Assembly: GCA_043803405.1 (NCBI GenBank)
Contig: JAZDKB010000020.1
Coordinates: 44,064 to 108,063, forward strand
Direction of reading: 5' to 3'
From: Spirochaetota bacterium
GTDB taxonomy: Bacteria; Spirochaetota; UBA4802; JAFGDQ01
DNA: 64,000 nt
Shown here: positions 21,276 to 31,043 of the stretch, in pieces
How positions within the stretch are numbered: the first letter of the stretch is position 1
Layout of the letters: each line of letters begins with the position of its first letter
Notes under the pieces: model-generated
The model's database searches: none
What the model saw: the letters and a program-made list of their open reading frames with translations, nothing else
What the model was told of the DNA's origin: nothing
Made by a program: the position numbers and the translations under genes

Positions 21276-22493
21276 TTATAATCTGATATCAGTCCTTATT
21301 GAAAACATCCTTGTAGGATTTGGATTATTGGCAGCATCCTTTGCTTCGCTGTCGTATTGGTCGAACCATGCAGCCACCCTTATGTTCGGGTCCAATTCAT
21401 AGCCGATCCCTATACCCATATATGTTGTCATTGAATCGCCTTTATCAAGGTCCTTTCCAAAACCATAACGAGCCATCGCAAGGATCGGGATTTGTATCAG
21501 CTTTTTTGGCGTGAATGTGAGCCACGTTTCCATTATAGAAAGTTTCTTTTTGCCGCCTCCGGCGCTGGAAGTATAGGTAACATCTTCACCGTTTTTCTTT
21601 TGAAAAGGCAGAAGGTAATTCGCGCCGAGTTTGAGCAAGTCATTTTTCCATGAAATGCCTGCTCCGTAATATCCTTTGTGATCATCCGATTCATTTACCG
21701 AAGTACCTTCGTACCTGCAAAAACCGGATATATATAATGTTTCTATTGGCATAAGTGTCAGTTTTGTGTAATACGCTTTACCCTGTGATGTATTCTTTGA
21801 ACTATCGTTTTTATCATTATAATAGCTCTCATTTGTTTTTTTATACCCTTCACCGTTTGTAATCGCGAATGTAAGGTCCGCCTTTTTCATAAAATTTAAC
21901 CCAATGGATAAACCCATATCCGCGGGATTGTCTATGCTTGTTGCGATGAGATTTTTTGAATCATCAATAAGATTCTTATGCAAATATCTTTGATCGGAAA
22001 GTTCGTTTGTTAAACTGCTTACCGGAGTATCGATCATCCCTGCTTTTATAGTTGTGTTGACAAATCCGAACGAGTTTTTGGCCTGCAAATATCCGAATTT
22101 TAGGAATACTCTGTATTTTGAAGATTTTGTCGTTGCCGTTGTTGTCGATGTATCTTCGCTTCCGTCTGAGTTTGTTGTTGATTCAGTCATTAAATCATTT
22201 GCGATATCGAGCGTTACTTTTGCGCTGAAATTGTCGTTAAATTTTTTGTTAAAATTTAAATAAATTCTCTCAAGTTCGAAAGTATTAGTATTGCTGTCTT
22301 TTGTTCCGGTTTTATCGCTGTTATCGGTCAAGCCCACGTGCCAGTTCATGTATACCTGGCCTGTAACGTCTATCGGCGAAGGTTTCGGAGCTTCTTTTTC
22401 CTGTCCAAATAGTATTTGATTACAGGAAAAAATAATAACTAATATTGAACCAAGTGCAAACATAATGTTACGAAAATCTTTTTTTAAAACCAT
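21276..22493 (-). CDS. Outer-membrane beta-barrel/porin-like protein
   Basis: Signal peptide, FELERIYLNF, amphipathic beta pattern, NGEGY; start behind GGAGGT. Confidence 0.65.
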   Translation of the reverse strand: MVLKKDFRNIMFALGSILVIIFSCNQILFGQEKEAPKPSPIDVTGQVYMNWHVGLTDNSDKTGTKDSNTNTFELERIYLNFNKKFNDNFSAKVTLDIANDLMTESTTNSDGSEDTSTTTATTKSSKYRVFLKFGYLQAKNSFGFVNTTIKAGMIDTPVSSLTNELSDQRYLHKNLIDDSKNLIATSIDNPADMGLSIGLNFMKKADLTFAITNGEGYKKTNESYYNDKNDSSKNTSQGKAYYTKLTLMPIETLYISGFCRYEGTSVNESDDHKGYYGAGISWKNDLLKLGANYLLPFQKKNGEDVTYTSSAGGGKKKLSIMETWLTFTPKKLIQIPILAMARYGFGKDLDKGDSMTTYMGIGIGYELDPNIRVAAWFDQYDSEAKDAANNPNPTRMFSIRTDIRL

Positions 22494-22590
22494 TACACTA
22501 ACCTCCAAGTTTTTAATATTTTTATAATAACCTTTGCGTTATCATTCTGATTCCGCGAAGATAAAAAAATTCCTGCAATATTTTTCTTCG

Positions 22591-22628
22591 CGATATATCA
22601 AAAAAAACATAACGGATATATTAGTCAA
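22591..22628 (-). promoter_or_regulatory. ModE-like box C upstream of porin
   Basis: CGATATAT-N8-ACATAACG (22591-22614); AGTCAA at 22623-22628. Confidence 0.8.
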
Positions 22629-22695
22629 GATTTATTTAATTATTTATTTAACTGAAGAATTATTATTGGATAAAAACCGGTTATGCATTTGGGAG

Positions 22696-22739
22696 AAGAA
22701 AGAGGAGACAGCGAGACAGGGTGCTGCCTCCTCTTTCTT
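22696..22739 (-). terminator. Intrinsic terminator-like hairpin
   Basis: 17-bp inverted repeat with one mismatch (AAGAAAGAGGAGACAGC / GCTGCCTCCTCTTTCTT). Confidence 0.6.
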
Positions 22740-22759
22740 TAGTAAAATGAGATATAGAT

Positions 22760-22860
22760 CAGATTTCCGTACCGTCTTAAAAAAAATTGCCCGCCCGGGC
22801 ACGGATTAAACGGATCGGCTGGGTTATCATGTAAATATGTCTAAACATAATCTATATGCT
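22760..22860 (-). pseudogene. Relic 3' end of a TonB-dependent receptor gene
   Basis: Translates as HDNPADPFNPCPGGQFF, homologous to DDYLADPFNPGPGRMWY at the end of 23030-25435. Confidence 0.7.
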
Positions 22861-22872
22861 GCATATATTCAT

Positions 22873-22911
22873 CGATATGTTTATATCGACATATCGATGA
22901 ATATATGTCAA
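22873..22911 (-). promoter_or_regulatory. ModE-like box D (orphan, upstream of receptor relic)
   Basis: CGATATGT-N8-ACATATCG (22873-22896); TGTCAA at 22906-22911. Confidence 0.8.
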
Positions 22912-23029
22912 GATTTTTTTATTCACCCTCGCCGATTTTCCCAAAATTTTTATTGTTATTATTATTGTAATTATAAATTATTTACTATATTTCAGATAAA
23001 AGAGTTAGCCAAAGTGATTGAAATAATAA

Positions 23030-25435
23030 TTAAAAATTTGCCTTGAAACCACCATACCACATTCTGCCTGGCCCAGGATTAAATGGATCAGCTAAATAAT
23101 CATCAAGAATATTCCTGCACATTACGTAAACTTCGTAATCGTAATAAATCTTCTGCGACAGCTTAACATCGATCATTACAGGATTATGGATTTTTTGCGC
23201 ATAGTAATATTTTGTTGAAAAATCTGCGCCTGCATTTGGACGGGATGCCATTGTGTATAGGATCTGGTTATATTCAAGATAGCCGAATATAATTAAGCTT
23301 GTGTCTGTTTTAAAACGTGTTCTAAAGTCAAAGGTAAATTTATGTTCAGGGAGTTTTTCTGGTTTGTCACCTTTATTTACAAAGGAATTCTCAACATCCG
23401 ATTGCTTTCTGGCAAAGATATAAGTATATGTCAGCGAAATATCTACATCCGCAATATCCAGAACATTCTTTGATTTTGATGTCAATACTGACTCTGCACC
23501 GTGTATAACTACTGTACCTGCATTTCTGTAAATATTATCGCCTTCCCTCATAATAAAAATTCTTTCTATTTTATCTTCAAACTTGCTGTAAAAATAGTCC
23601 GTACCCCAACTTAGTTGCTTATCAAAGAATGAGAACTCAAAGCCTGTGTTCTCATTGAATGATTTTTCCGGTTTAATTCTTATATCCTTGCCTTCACCTT
23701 CAGTTGATTCCTTATAGTAATTTTTTGTTTTAGTATAAGCATTAAGACCAGGAAAAGAGGTTTTATGGGATGCTGCAGCTCTTAGTTTTAGGAAATCTTT
23801 TACAGGTTCATATACAATGCCTGCAACAGGATTAAAAGAATCGTTCGTACCCCATATCATGGAATTATCTTCAGCCTGGCGCTTATCATCCATTTCTGTA
23901 CTTCCATCAGTACCATGTTTTTTCCGGAATTTAGTAATATCTTGCGCATCATAAGATACACCGAGTGTCAATTCTATATCTCTAATTATTCGCATTTCGT
24001 CTTCTACGGCAAGAGTAAGATAGTCTGCTTCGATATACAGTGTTTTGTATTTGCCCCTGCCGTAATTTTTAATTGTTTCAGTTGATGCATCGTTATATGC
24101 TTTTTCCTCTTCTTTATGATTAGCTGTATAATATGATAAAGCAAAATTCAACCTGTTCCATGGGAAGAGTAAATATGAAGGATACATATTGAAGCCGTAA
24201 GTCTGGCTTGTCCATATTGACCATACCATTGTTGTCGTATCATGCTGATGCGCATAACTGGTTTCCTTTGGATCGGAATAAGCCGCATACGTGCTGGATT
24301 GCTCATAGAAATATAAATTGCCCTTAAATTTAAATTTCCCATGTTCGTAATTTACATACGGGGCTATTGCGTAATCATAATATTCCGGCCACCTGTTTGA
24401 CATATTACCCAGAACCTTATCATTGTCCTGTGCCTGCCAGTAAGGATTATTATTGACATCATAAGTATACATGTCTTTTAGATCTGAAGTATAGACACTG
24501 TTTTCCATTTTAGTATGATTATAAAATGACGATACTCCTGCTTCTAAATTAGGGGTGATATGGTATCCGGCTTTTCCGCTAACTTTATATTTTTCATGTT
24601 CTGTATGGTCCCATAACCCTTTATCATTAAGATAGTCATCGGCTGCAGAACTCAATGGATTATCGTAAATATTATTAAGAGTACGTCCATAAAGATCATA
24701 ACGTGAAATCTTTAACAGCCATTCCTCGCGTTTTTTCCGGTCAAGCTTACCAGATATTGTATATCCCCTTAATTTGTCATACGATCCGGATATATAATAA
24801 AAAAAGTTGCCTATGGGCGCGCCCTGTGAAACGCTAGCTATATAATTTCCATGTTCGCCGTATTCGGCAGAAATATTGGCATACAATTCGATAGGTTCTT
24901 TCTTAATAAGGTTGATTGAACCGACAGTGCCCCTTGCACCATATAAAGCTGAGCATGTGCCGCGGCTTACAACTATCTCCGATATATCCAGCAGTCCTAT
25001 GTTATCAATGTCCATACTGTCGCTGTATGCATCTATTACAGGGATGCCGTCTATAAGTATGGCTATTTTTGACATATCATATCCACGCATTTTAAACTTT
25101 GTAGTACCCTTTCTTTCAGTTGCTATCTGTATGCTGGGTACCTGGTGCAAAACATCTTTCAACAGTTTATCGCTTCTTGCTTCTATATCTTCTGCCGTAA
25201 CCTCAGTTGTTGTGCTAGCCTTATCTATTCTTTTACCCCGGCGTCCCTTAACAATTATAGGTTTTGTTTTGTTTCCATCTTTATTTTCAGTTATTTCAAC
25301 CGGCTTGTTCTGATCTTCCAATGGCTCCTGCGATTGTACATCAGCTGCAGATTTTTCCGCTTCTTTTACTTCCTGCGCTTTTAGTGAAATAACAAATACA
25401 AGCAGAAATAACATCATCAGTCTCAGTAATCTCAT
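23030..25435 (-). CDS. TonB-dependent receptor
   Basis: Signal peptide, IIVKG TonB box, plug (MRG...ILIDGIP...SALYG..G.IN), terminal F. Confidence 0.92.
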   Translation of the reverse strand: MRLLRLMMLFLLVFVISLKAQEVKEAEKSAADVQSQEPLEDQNKPVEITENKDGNKTKPIIVKGRRGKRIDKASTTTEVTAEDIEARSDKLLKDVLHQVPSIQIATERKGTTKFKMRGYDMSKIAILIDGIPVIDAYSDSMDIDNIGLLDISEIVVSRGTCSALYGARGTVGSINLIKKEPIELYANISAEYGEHGNYIASVSQGAPIGNFFYYISGSYDKLRGYTISGKLDRKKREEWLLKISRYDLYGRTLNNIYDNPLSSAADDYLNDKGLWDHTEHEKYKVSGKAGYHITPNLEAGVSSFYNHTKMENSVYTSDLKDMYTYDVNNNPYWQAQDNDKVLGNMSNRWPEYYDYAIAPYVNYEHGKFKFKGNLYFYEQSSTYAAYSDPKETSYAHQHDTTTMVWSIWTSQTYGFNMYPSYLLFPWNRLNFALSYYTANHKEEEKAYNDASTETIKNYGRGKYKTLYIEADYLTLAVEDEMRIIRDIELTLGVSYDAQDITKFRKKHGTDGSTEMDDKRQAEDNSMIWGTNDSFNPVAGIVYEPVKDFLKLRAAASHKTSFPGLNAYTKTKNYYKESTEGEGKDIRIKPEKSFNENTGFEFSFFDKQLSWGTDYFYSKFEDKIERIFIMREGDNIYRNAGTVVIHGAESVLTSKSKNVLDIADVDISLTYTYIFARKQSDVENSFVNKGDKPEKLPEHKFTFDFRTRFKTDTSLIIFGYLEYNQILYTMASRPNAGADFSTKYYYAQKIHNPVMIDVKLSQKIYYDYEVYVMCRNILDDYLADPFNPGPGRMWYGGFKANF

Positions 25436-25471
25436 TGCTATACTTCTATTTGTAAAATTAATGTTTGCATA

Positions 25472-25509
25472 AGCAAAGAATGCCGGTTACTATTCCGGCA
25501 TTCTTTGCT
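25472..25509. terminator. Intergenic hairpin (terminator or mRNA stabiliser)
   Basis: Perfect 15-bp stem AGCAAAGAATGCCGG / CCGGCATTCTTTGCT. Confidence 0.65.
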
Positions 25510-25543
25510 GTTTATCTGGTATTATATTGATTGAATAAAATAA

Positions 25544-26869
25544 TTATTCATAAACTGCAAAAGCTGGTGGATTTTTCCCCGAATAACTATATTCATAAGC
25601 AGTACCGATGAGCTCAATTCTGGCAGGGAAATTTATTTTTGTTCCGCTAACCATAGTGTCCGGATCTGGGGTGGAATCAATCTGGCAAACAAAATCATAA
25701 TCCGGTAAATAATAAGCATTCGGCATATCAGTCCATGCCCAGTTTGTTGCTGTAAAAGTATCATCAACAGCAACAATCTTATATTCATAAGAACCAGGAA
25801 CGTCCGTTACATAATCAGTAATAAACTGATCCAGTGAAATTGCCTTAACACTAGTGTAAGTTGTTGCACCGTCTGTAAAGCTTATTGTCGATACAGTGAA
25901 TTTGGTACTTGTTAAACCAGTATATGCGTTATACTCTGCATCATTAACATAGCTCGTTGTAGTTGCCCCGACTTCAAACGTAGCGATTGTACCGGATGCA
26001 TCTGGTCTTTTTACATCAATCTTACGGAACATAATTATATCATAAGCATATTTATTATTATACAGGTTTTTAAGAGAACCTCCGGCAGACTGTGTTAGAG
26101 GGGAATGTATTTTTCCGGAATAATTTAAATCAAGCAAATAAAACTGGTTAAACTGATCCCATCTTAAATCACCTGCGTAAAATGGTGCACTGCCTTTGAA
26201 CTTTGAACGGTTATCAAATTGATCATTATTGGAAACAACCACATATGAATACAATTTTCTGGCGTCATTAGTTAACAAAACAGCGTCAGGATCCGGTGTT
26301 ACTGAATTTACAGTATTCTGGTCTACAAACTGATCAACTTTATATCCTGAAACGGTGCCACCAGAGGTGTTATAAGTAATCCCGGTTGTTAAAGTATAAC
26401 CGGAAAACAAAATTGCCGCTTCATCATCAACCATTTTCCCCGGATAATTCGTTAAAAAATCCGTTTGATCCGGGAATGTATAGTGTAAATATGCGGATGC
26501 GCTGGTTTTTTTAGTAGCAATAAAATCTTGTCCGGTTACATTAACACTACTTACCGTAACGGAGATACTATTCTTATCAAATGAATATCCTGATGGTAAA
26601 GGCGTGATTATGTAATAGCCGTTTATACAATTTAAAAATGTATATTTTCCATCGGCATCAGTAATTGCTGAATTTCTTGCCAATGTGCCGCTTGTACCGC
26701 TTAATTCAACGCTAACATGCGCAAGCCCTGTACCGCCAACAGTTATAGTACCCTGAATAGAATATCTGGGTTCATCGACAGTGGTAGTGTTTGAAGTTGA
26801 ATCGCTGCCGCACGCGCTAAAACCGAGCGCAAGTCCTAAAACAAATAATAAGCTAAATAGCTTTTTCAT
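25544..26869 (-). CDS. Lipoprotein with N-terminal carboxypeptidase-regulatory-like beta-sandwich
   Basis: Lipobox LGFSAC; YSIQGTI...TDADGKYTF...Y.ITP; Thr/Tyr/Asp-rich. Confidence 0.75.
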   Translation of the reverse strand: MKKLFSLLFVLGLALGFSACGSDSTSNTTTVDEPRYSIQGTITVGGTGLAHVSVELSGTSGTLARNSAITDADGKYTFLNCINGYYIITPLPSGYSFDKNSISVTVSSVNVTGQDFIATKKTSASAYLHYTFPDQTDFLTNYPGKMVDDEAAILFSGYTLTTGITYNTSGGTVSGYKVDQFVDQNTVNSVTPDPDAVLLTNDARKLYSYVVVSNNDQFDNRSKFKGSAPFYAGDLRWDQFNQFYLLDLNYSGKIHSPLTQSAGGSLKNLYNNKYAYDIIMFRKIDVKRPDASGTIATFEVGATTTSYVNDAEYNAYTGLTSTKFTVSTISFTDGATTYTSVKAISLDQFITDYVTDVPGSYEYKIVAVDDTFTATNWAWTDMPNAYYLPDYDFVCQIDSTPDPDTMVSGTKINFPARIELIGTAYEYSYSGKNPPAFAVYE

Positions 26870-26901
26870 AAAAAATCCTCCATGTAAAATAAGTTTTTTA
26901 T

Positions 26902-26939
26902 CGATATGTCTAAACGGACATATCGTATATTTTTGTCAA
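26902..26939 (-). promoter_or_regulatory. ModE-like box E
   Basis: CGATATGT-N8-ACATATCG (26902-26925); TGTCAA at 26934-26939. Confidence 0.85.
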
Positions 26940-27019
26940 GACATTTTCTGACCGGGAAGTCATTAAAGGCCTGATAAATTCCGAAGATAGATTTACTATA
27001 GCATTTTACGATTGAATTG

Positions 27020-27115
27020 GTACTTCCTGCCGGTTTCGATGCTTCGGCTTTGCTCAGTGCACTGTTCTGCTCAACCGGCAGGAATTACCGCGCCTTGAGC
27101 GGAGTCGAAAGGCGC
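27020..27115. repeat. REP-like palindromic element(s)
   Basis: TTCCTGCCGGTT...AACCGGCAGGAA inverted repeat and GCGCCTT-GAGCGGAGTCGA-AAGGCGC hairpin downstream of tonB. Confidence 0.45.
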
Positions 27116-27151
27116 CTGTATGGCACTAATCGTTACGCAAAATGCGTAAAC

Positions 27152-27811
27152 CTAGTCCTGCAGCGTAAACACTATCGGCAGCCGCGCCAGCATTTTTACA
27201 GGCCGGCCATTTATTTTGCCCGGCCTGAATCGCATCTTTGCAAGCACTTTCATGGCAGCATCGTCAAATCCGTATCCGGCATTTGCCGATAACACTTTTG
27301 ACTTGTTTATCGATCCGTTATCATTAACCTGAACTTCCACAATTACCGTGCTTCGGGTTATATTTGCCGACCTGGCTGCTTTTGGGAAAAACTCATCAGG
27401 ATTAAAATCTATTATGGGTATTGGAGGCCGGTCAGCGAGATCCGCGAACATATATCCGTCAGGGTCAGTGCCTGTCCCGGACAGCTTATTAATATTCACA
27501 TCCGTATTTTCAGAATCCTGTTTATCCATGCCTGTGCCTTCTATCCATTCTTCTTTCTGCACAGCCGCCGGATTCGTTTCTCCCCCCATAACTACGGAAG
27601 CAGGGAGATCGATAAAATCGACCTCCGCATTTTCAAAAGTTATATTTTTTGAATCAATCGTATTGCCATCCTCGGAGCTGAAGAGCGGCATTGTGGAAAT
27701 AAAATATGTCCCAAAAATGATAATGTGAAGACAAAACGAAATACTTACGCAGCGCTTAAACAAATCAGTACTGTAAAATTTTTTAATAATAATATTTAAT
27801 TTTGATTTCAT
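27152..27811 (-). CDS. tonB: Energy transducer TonB
   Basis: N-terminal TM S...H; C-terminal FPKAAR...GFDDAA...F.PG..NG.PV. Confidence 0.88.
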   Translation of the reverse strand: MKSKLNIIIKKFYSTDLFKRCVSISFCLHIIIFGTYFISTMPLFSSEDGNTIDSKNITFENAEVDFIDLPASVVMGGETNPAAVQKEEWIEGTGMDKQDSENTDVNINKLSGTGTDPDGYMFADLADRPPIPIIDFNPDEFFPKAARSANITRSTVIVEVQVNDNGSINKSKVLSANAGYGFDDAAMKVLAKMRFRPGKINGRPVKMLARLPIVFTLQD

Positions 27812-27826
27812 AAACCGGCCTCCTGC

Positions 27827-28228
27827 CTATCGTTTTACGGATAACGCAATGCGCGTTACCCCTGCCTGGCGGATCAAACCCATCGCGCGCGCAATTTTCC
27901 CGTACGAAAGCCTTTCGTCTGCAGATAATGTTACTCTCATGTTAGGCCTGTATTTTGCTTCCTGAGATAGCTTTAAAACCATTTTTTCTTCTGTGGTCGG
28001 AGTGGTTTCCATCATGAGTTTACCGTCAGCAGTAAGGGCAATCTGCACCGACTGCTGAACATTCGGATCAGCGGCATTTACCTTTGGAAGATTGATGTTC
28101 ACTGATTCCATTTTTAAAAAGTTGGCTGTTACCATGAATATAACAAGAAGCACAAGCAACACATCCACCATTGGCGTAATATTAATGTACCCGATTTCGT
28201 CGCTTTCCGCGTTTGGAGAAAATGCCAT
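27827..28228 (-). CDS. exbD: ExbD/TolR
   Basis: INITPMVDVLLVLLVIFMVT. Confidence 0.93.
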   Translation of the reverse strand: MAFSPNAESDEIGYINITPMVDVLLVLLVIFMVTANFLKMESVNINLPKVNAADPNVQQSVQIALTADGKLMMETTPTTEEKMVLKLSQEAKYRPNMRVTLSADERLSYGKIARAMGLIRQAGVTRIALSVKR

Positions 28229-28294
28229 AATTTTTTGCCCCCTTTTATTTAACTTTCATGTTATGCCTGTTTTTAAAAAACCGGCCTTATGATA

Positions 28295-28936
28295 TTACTC
28301 ATTTGATTTCTTTCTTTTCGCGTTAAGGCTCGCGTTAATCTCTTTGGAAAAAATTTCAAGATGCTGTATGATAATTTTCACTTTTTTGGAAAAGTAATTG
28401 TTCGCCATTACAACCGGTATCGCGATAAAAAGCCCGAACGCGGTTGCGTAAAGCGCCTTGGATATGCTGCGCATTACTACTTCCGCGCCTGTGCTCCCAA
28501 GCGTGCCCAGTCCGTAAAACGCTTTAATTACACCCAGCACAGTGCCAAGAAGCCCAATGAAGGGCGCGTTGTTGCCAAGCGTGTTCAGAATCGTCAGCCG
28601 CTTTTCCATAAATATTTTTTCTTCAATGATTTTGCCAGCCATTAAGTCCGGAAGCCCGTGCTCATAATCTTTGTCAATCGCATGTTCTATTGTAAAACGA
28701 GCGAACCTGGAATATACGTTCTCGCCGGACTCTTTAACGAAGTTTGCCGCAGCTTTAAGATCGCGCTTTCTCAGAAGCACTATCAGCTCTTCCGCAAATG
28801 CCGTAATTTTCTTATTTGAATTCTTTCTAAAAATAATCGCTCTTTCAATGCCCACTGCCAGAGCCAGAATGCTCGCCGCAAAAAGCATTAAAAATACGAA
28901 TGTTTCACCGTAATCCACAAAAACCAATTCGGACAT
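28295..28936 (-). CDS. exbB: ExbB/MotA/TolQ
   Basis: APFIGLLGTVLG, ISKALYATAFGLFIAIP; start placed at MSELV. Confidence 0.92.
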   Translation of the reverse strand: MSELVFVDYGETFVFLMLFAASILALAVGIERAIIFRKNSNKKITAFAEELIVLLRKRDLKAAANFVKESGENVYSRFARFTIEHAIDKDYEHGLPDLMAGKIIEEKIFMEKRLTILNTLGNNAPFIGLLGTVLGVIKAFYGLGTLGSTGAEVVMRSISKALYATAFGLFIAIPVVMANNYFSKKVKIIIQHLEIFSKEINASLNAKRKKSNE

Positions 28937-28981
28937 TTTATTCTTCCTTGTGTTGTTATTTATTTCAACGCCTTGAAACAT

Positions 28982-29050
28982 AATACCCCGCTGACGCCGA
29001 AGGCGGAAGCCGGTGCGAAAGCACCGGGGGCTTGCCCAGGGGAATTTTAT
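28982..29050. repeat. GC-rich structured element (REP-like or RNA)
   Basis: Nested hairpins CGCC-GAA-GGCG and CCGGTGC-GAAA-GCACCGG inside CCCC...GGGG in an AT-rich spacer. Confidence 0.4.
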
Positions 29051-29122
29051 TAAATAATATAAAATTTATACTTTTAAAACTAAATTTATTTCTGAACGTG
29101 ATTTCTGAAAGTCCGTATTGAA

Positions 29123-29944
29123 TCAGCCGGTCTCTTTATTCTTTGTCCACCACATGAGTGCCCAGAGGCATTTTCTCGAATAGGGCAGCCTCCAGTATCC
29201 GTTTATTCGGACAAGATTTCTGTTAAGATAAGCGCGTACTTTATCTTCTTCCTTTGCCTTCATTTCTTTAAACATCCACCGCTGGCTTTGAAACGCATCT
29301 TCATGGCTGTCCCAGTGATTATTATGCCGTTCAGTAATAAAAACAACATTTGCCGTGATACCCATTTCATACAGCATAAAGTAATAGTTGATGTAATCCT
29401 TTTTTATCTTGAATTTACGGCCTGCTGCCTTGTAAAGCTGCACATCAACCGGGCCCGAACCGACCGGCAATGTAATATAGACAGCCTTCCGGGCGCTCCT
29501 GTTCAGTTTTTCTATTAAATCTGTCGTATTATTGCCGACAAGGGAACGTGACGCGATCGCGACATCATGCACCCCTATGCCCAGCATATTCCAGTCATCT
29601 TCCCATTGTCCCTTAATAGTTTTAATGTTTTCAATTCCTACGGCGCGCGAACGCTTTTCCACAATCTCAATCATACGCTCTGAAAAATCCACGGCAGTGA
29701 TTGACTTCACCTTATTTGCCAGGGGAATCGCTATTGTCCCGCCGCCGCATGCCATATCAAGCACTGTCCAGCTTTTGCGCGGACGCAATATTTTGATGAA
29801 CTCTTCGGGATATCCCGTGTTTGCTGCGTATTCAGAAAACTCCTGCGCCCTGCTGTTCCAGTAATCGCGTTTATTTATTATTTGCGGTTTTGCTTTGATT
29901 ATCCTTTCGTGTGATGTTATTCGCTGTTTAATGGCGCTTTTCAT
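29123..29944 (-). CDS. Class I SAM-dependent methyltransferase
   Basis: YWNSRA, VLDMACGGG, AVDFS, DVAIASRS. Confidence 0.88.
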   Translation of the reverse strand: MKSAIKQRITSHERIIKAKPQIINKRDYWNSRAQEFSEYAANTGYPEEFIKILRPRKSWTVLDMACGGGTIAIPLANKVKSITAVDFSERMIEIVEKRSRAVGIENIKTIKGQWEDDWNMLGIGVHDVAIASRSLVGNNTTDLIEKLNRSARKAVYITLPVGSGPVDVQLYKAAGRKFKIKKDYINYYFMLYEMGITANVVFITERHNNHWDSHEDAFQSQRWMFKEMKAKEEDKVRAYLNRNLVRINGYWRLPYSRKCLWALMWWTKNKETG

Positions 29945-29965
29945 TATCTGTTCCTTTGCAGAGTG

Positions 29966-31036
29966 TCATTTCTCATCCTCATGAACATGCCTGTGATGAA
30001 TGTCGGGCATGTGCGCATGGGCATGCGCCAGATTTTCGTGCCTGTGCAGATGTGAATGTTCTGTGTTATATTCGCTGCCGGAATGCCGGTGGTTATGATG
30101 CATATCGTCATGGCTGTGAATATGTTCGTGCTCCGTTTCATAGTGAGTATGCAGATGCGAATGTTTCTCTCCGAATAATATAAACGCGCCCAAAATTAAA
30201 AATGGAAGCGAAATTAGAAAAAACATACCCGGCTGTTCCCGGAAAACCGCAAAGGAAAGTGCTGCTCCAATAAAAGGGGCAAGCGCAAAATATGCGCCAG
30301 TCCGCGCTGCTCCCATGCTGCGCATGGCCTGCACAAAGAAAACAATGCTGATACCATAACAGCACAACCCGATAATCAGTGACAGTAAAACATCCGTCAT
30401 AGCCGGCATGGCATATCCCATAACAAGGCTTAATATTAAAGTAAATGTGCCGGCTATAATGCTCTTATTCATGACTATTGTCACAGGGTCTTTTGACGAT
30501 ATATGCCTTGTGAGATTATTATCCAGCCCCCACAGCCCGCATGCAGCCAGAATGCCTGCTGCACCTAATGAAAAATTATAGCTTTCCTTCGTATTGACAG
30601 ATAATAAAACACTGGCAGCAGTGATCAGAACTATGGCGATCCACACACGCCTGCCTGTGGATTCGCGGAAAACTGCTGCGGCAATTAACGCTGTTGCTGC
30701 TGCTTCAAAATTAAAAAGCAAAGACGCTGTTGAGGCAGGCACAATTCTTAAACAGGTCAGGAGCACAACCGGAGCAACAACCCCGCCCGAAACAGCAGCC
30801 CCGAAAAGCCAGGGAATGTCCCGCCCGGCAAGATCCGCTTCTTTTCCGGATACTCCGGTAATAGCGCGTTTAATCGCCACGAAAAAGAATAGCCCGGCTG
30901 CGCTTCCCAGATAAAGCAATGACGCCATCTGTACAGGCTGGACATTATCAAGAACGAGCTTAATAAGAGGAGCGCTCGCGCCGAACAGAACAGCCGCCAA
31001 AAGCACGCGGATTATTGCTGTCTTTTGCTGTTTCAT
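29966..31036 (-). CDS. EamA/DMT transporter with His-rich C-terminal tail
   Basis: Ten-TM DMT pattern, WGLDNNLTR, tail HSHLHTH...HMPDIHHRHVH. Confidence 0.88.
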   Translation of the reverse strand: MKQQKTAIIRVLLAAVLFGASAPLIKLVLDNVQPVQMASLLYLGSAAGLFFFVAIKRAITGVSGKEADLAGRDIPWLFGAAVSGGVVAPVVLLTCLRIVPASTASLLFNFEAAATALIAAAVFRESTGRRVWIAIVLITAASVLLSVNTKESYNFSLGAAGILAACGLWGLDNNLTRHISSKDPVTIVMNKSIIAGTFTLILSLVMGYAMPAMTDVLLSLIIGLCCYGISIVFFVQAMRSMGAARTGAYFALAPFIGAALSFAVFREQPGMFFLISLPFLILGAFILFGEKHSHLHTHYETEHEHIHSHDDMHHNHRHSGSEYNTEHSHLHRHENLAHAHAHMPDIHHRHVHEDEK

Positions 31037-31043
31037 AATAATA

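Noticed and set aside
22696..22870. Moco or cobalamin riboswitch
   Set aside because: No recognisable aptamer motifs; the sequence is better explained as a receptor gene relic plus terminator
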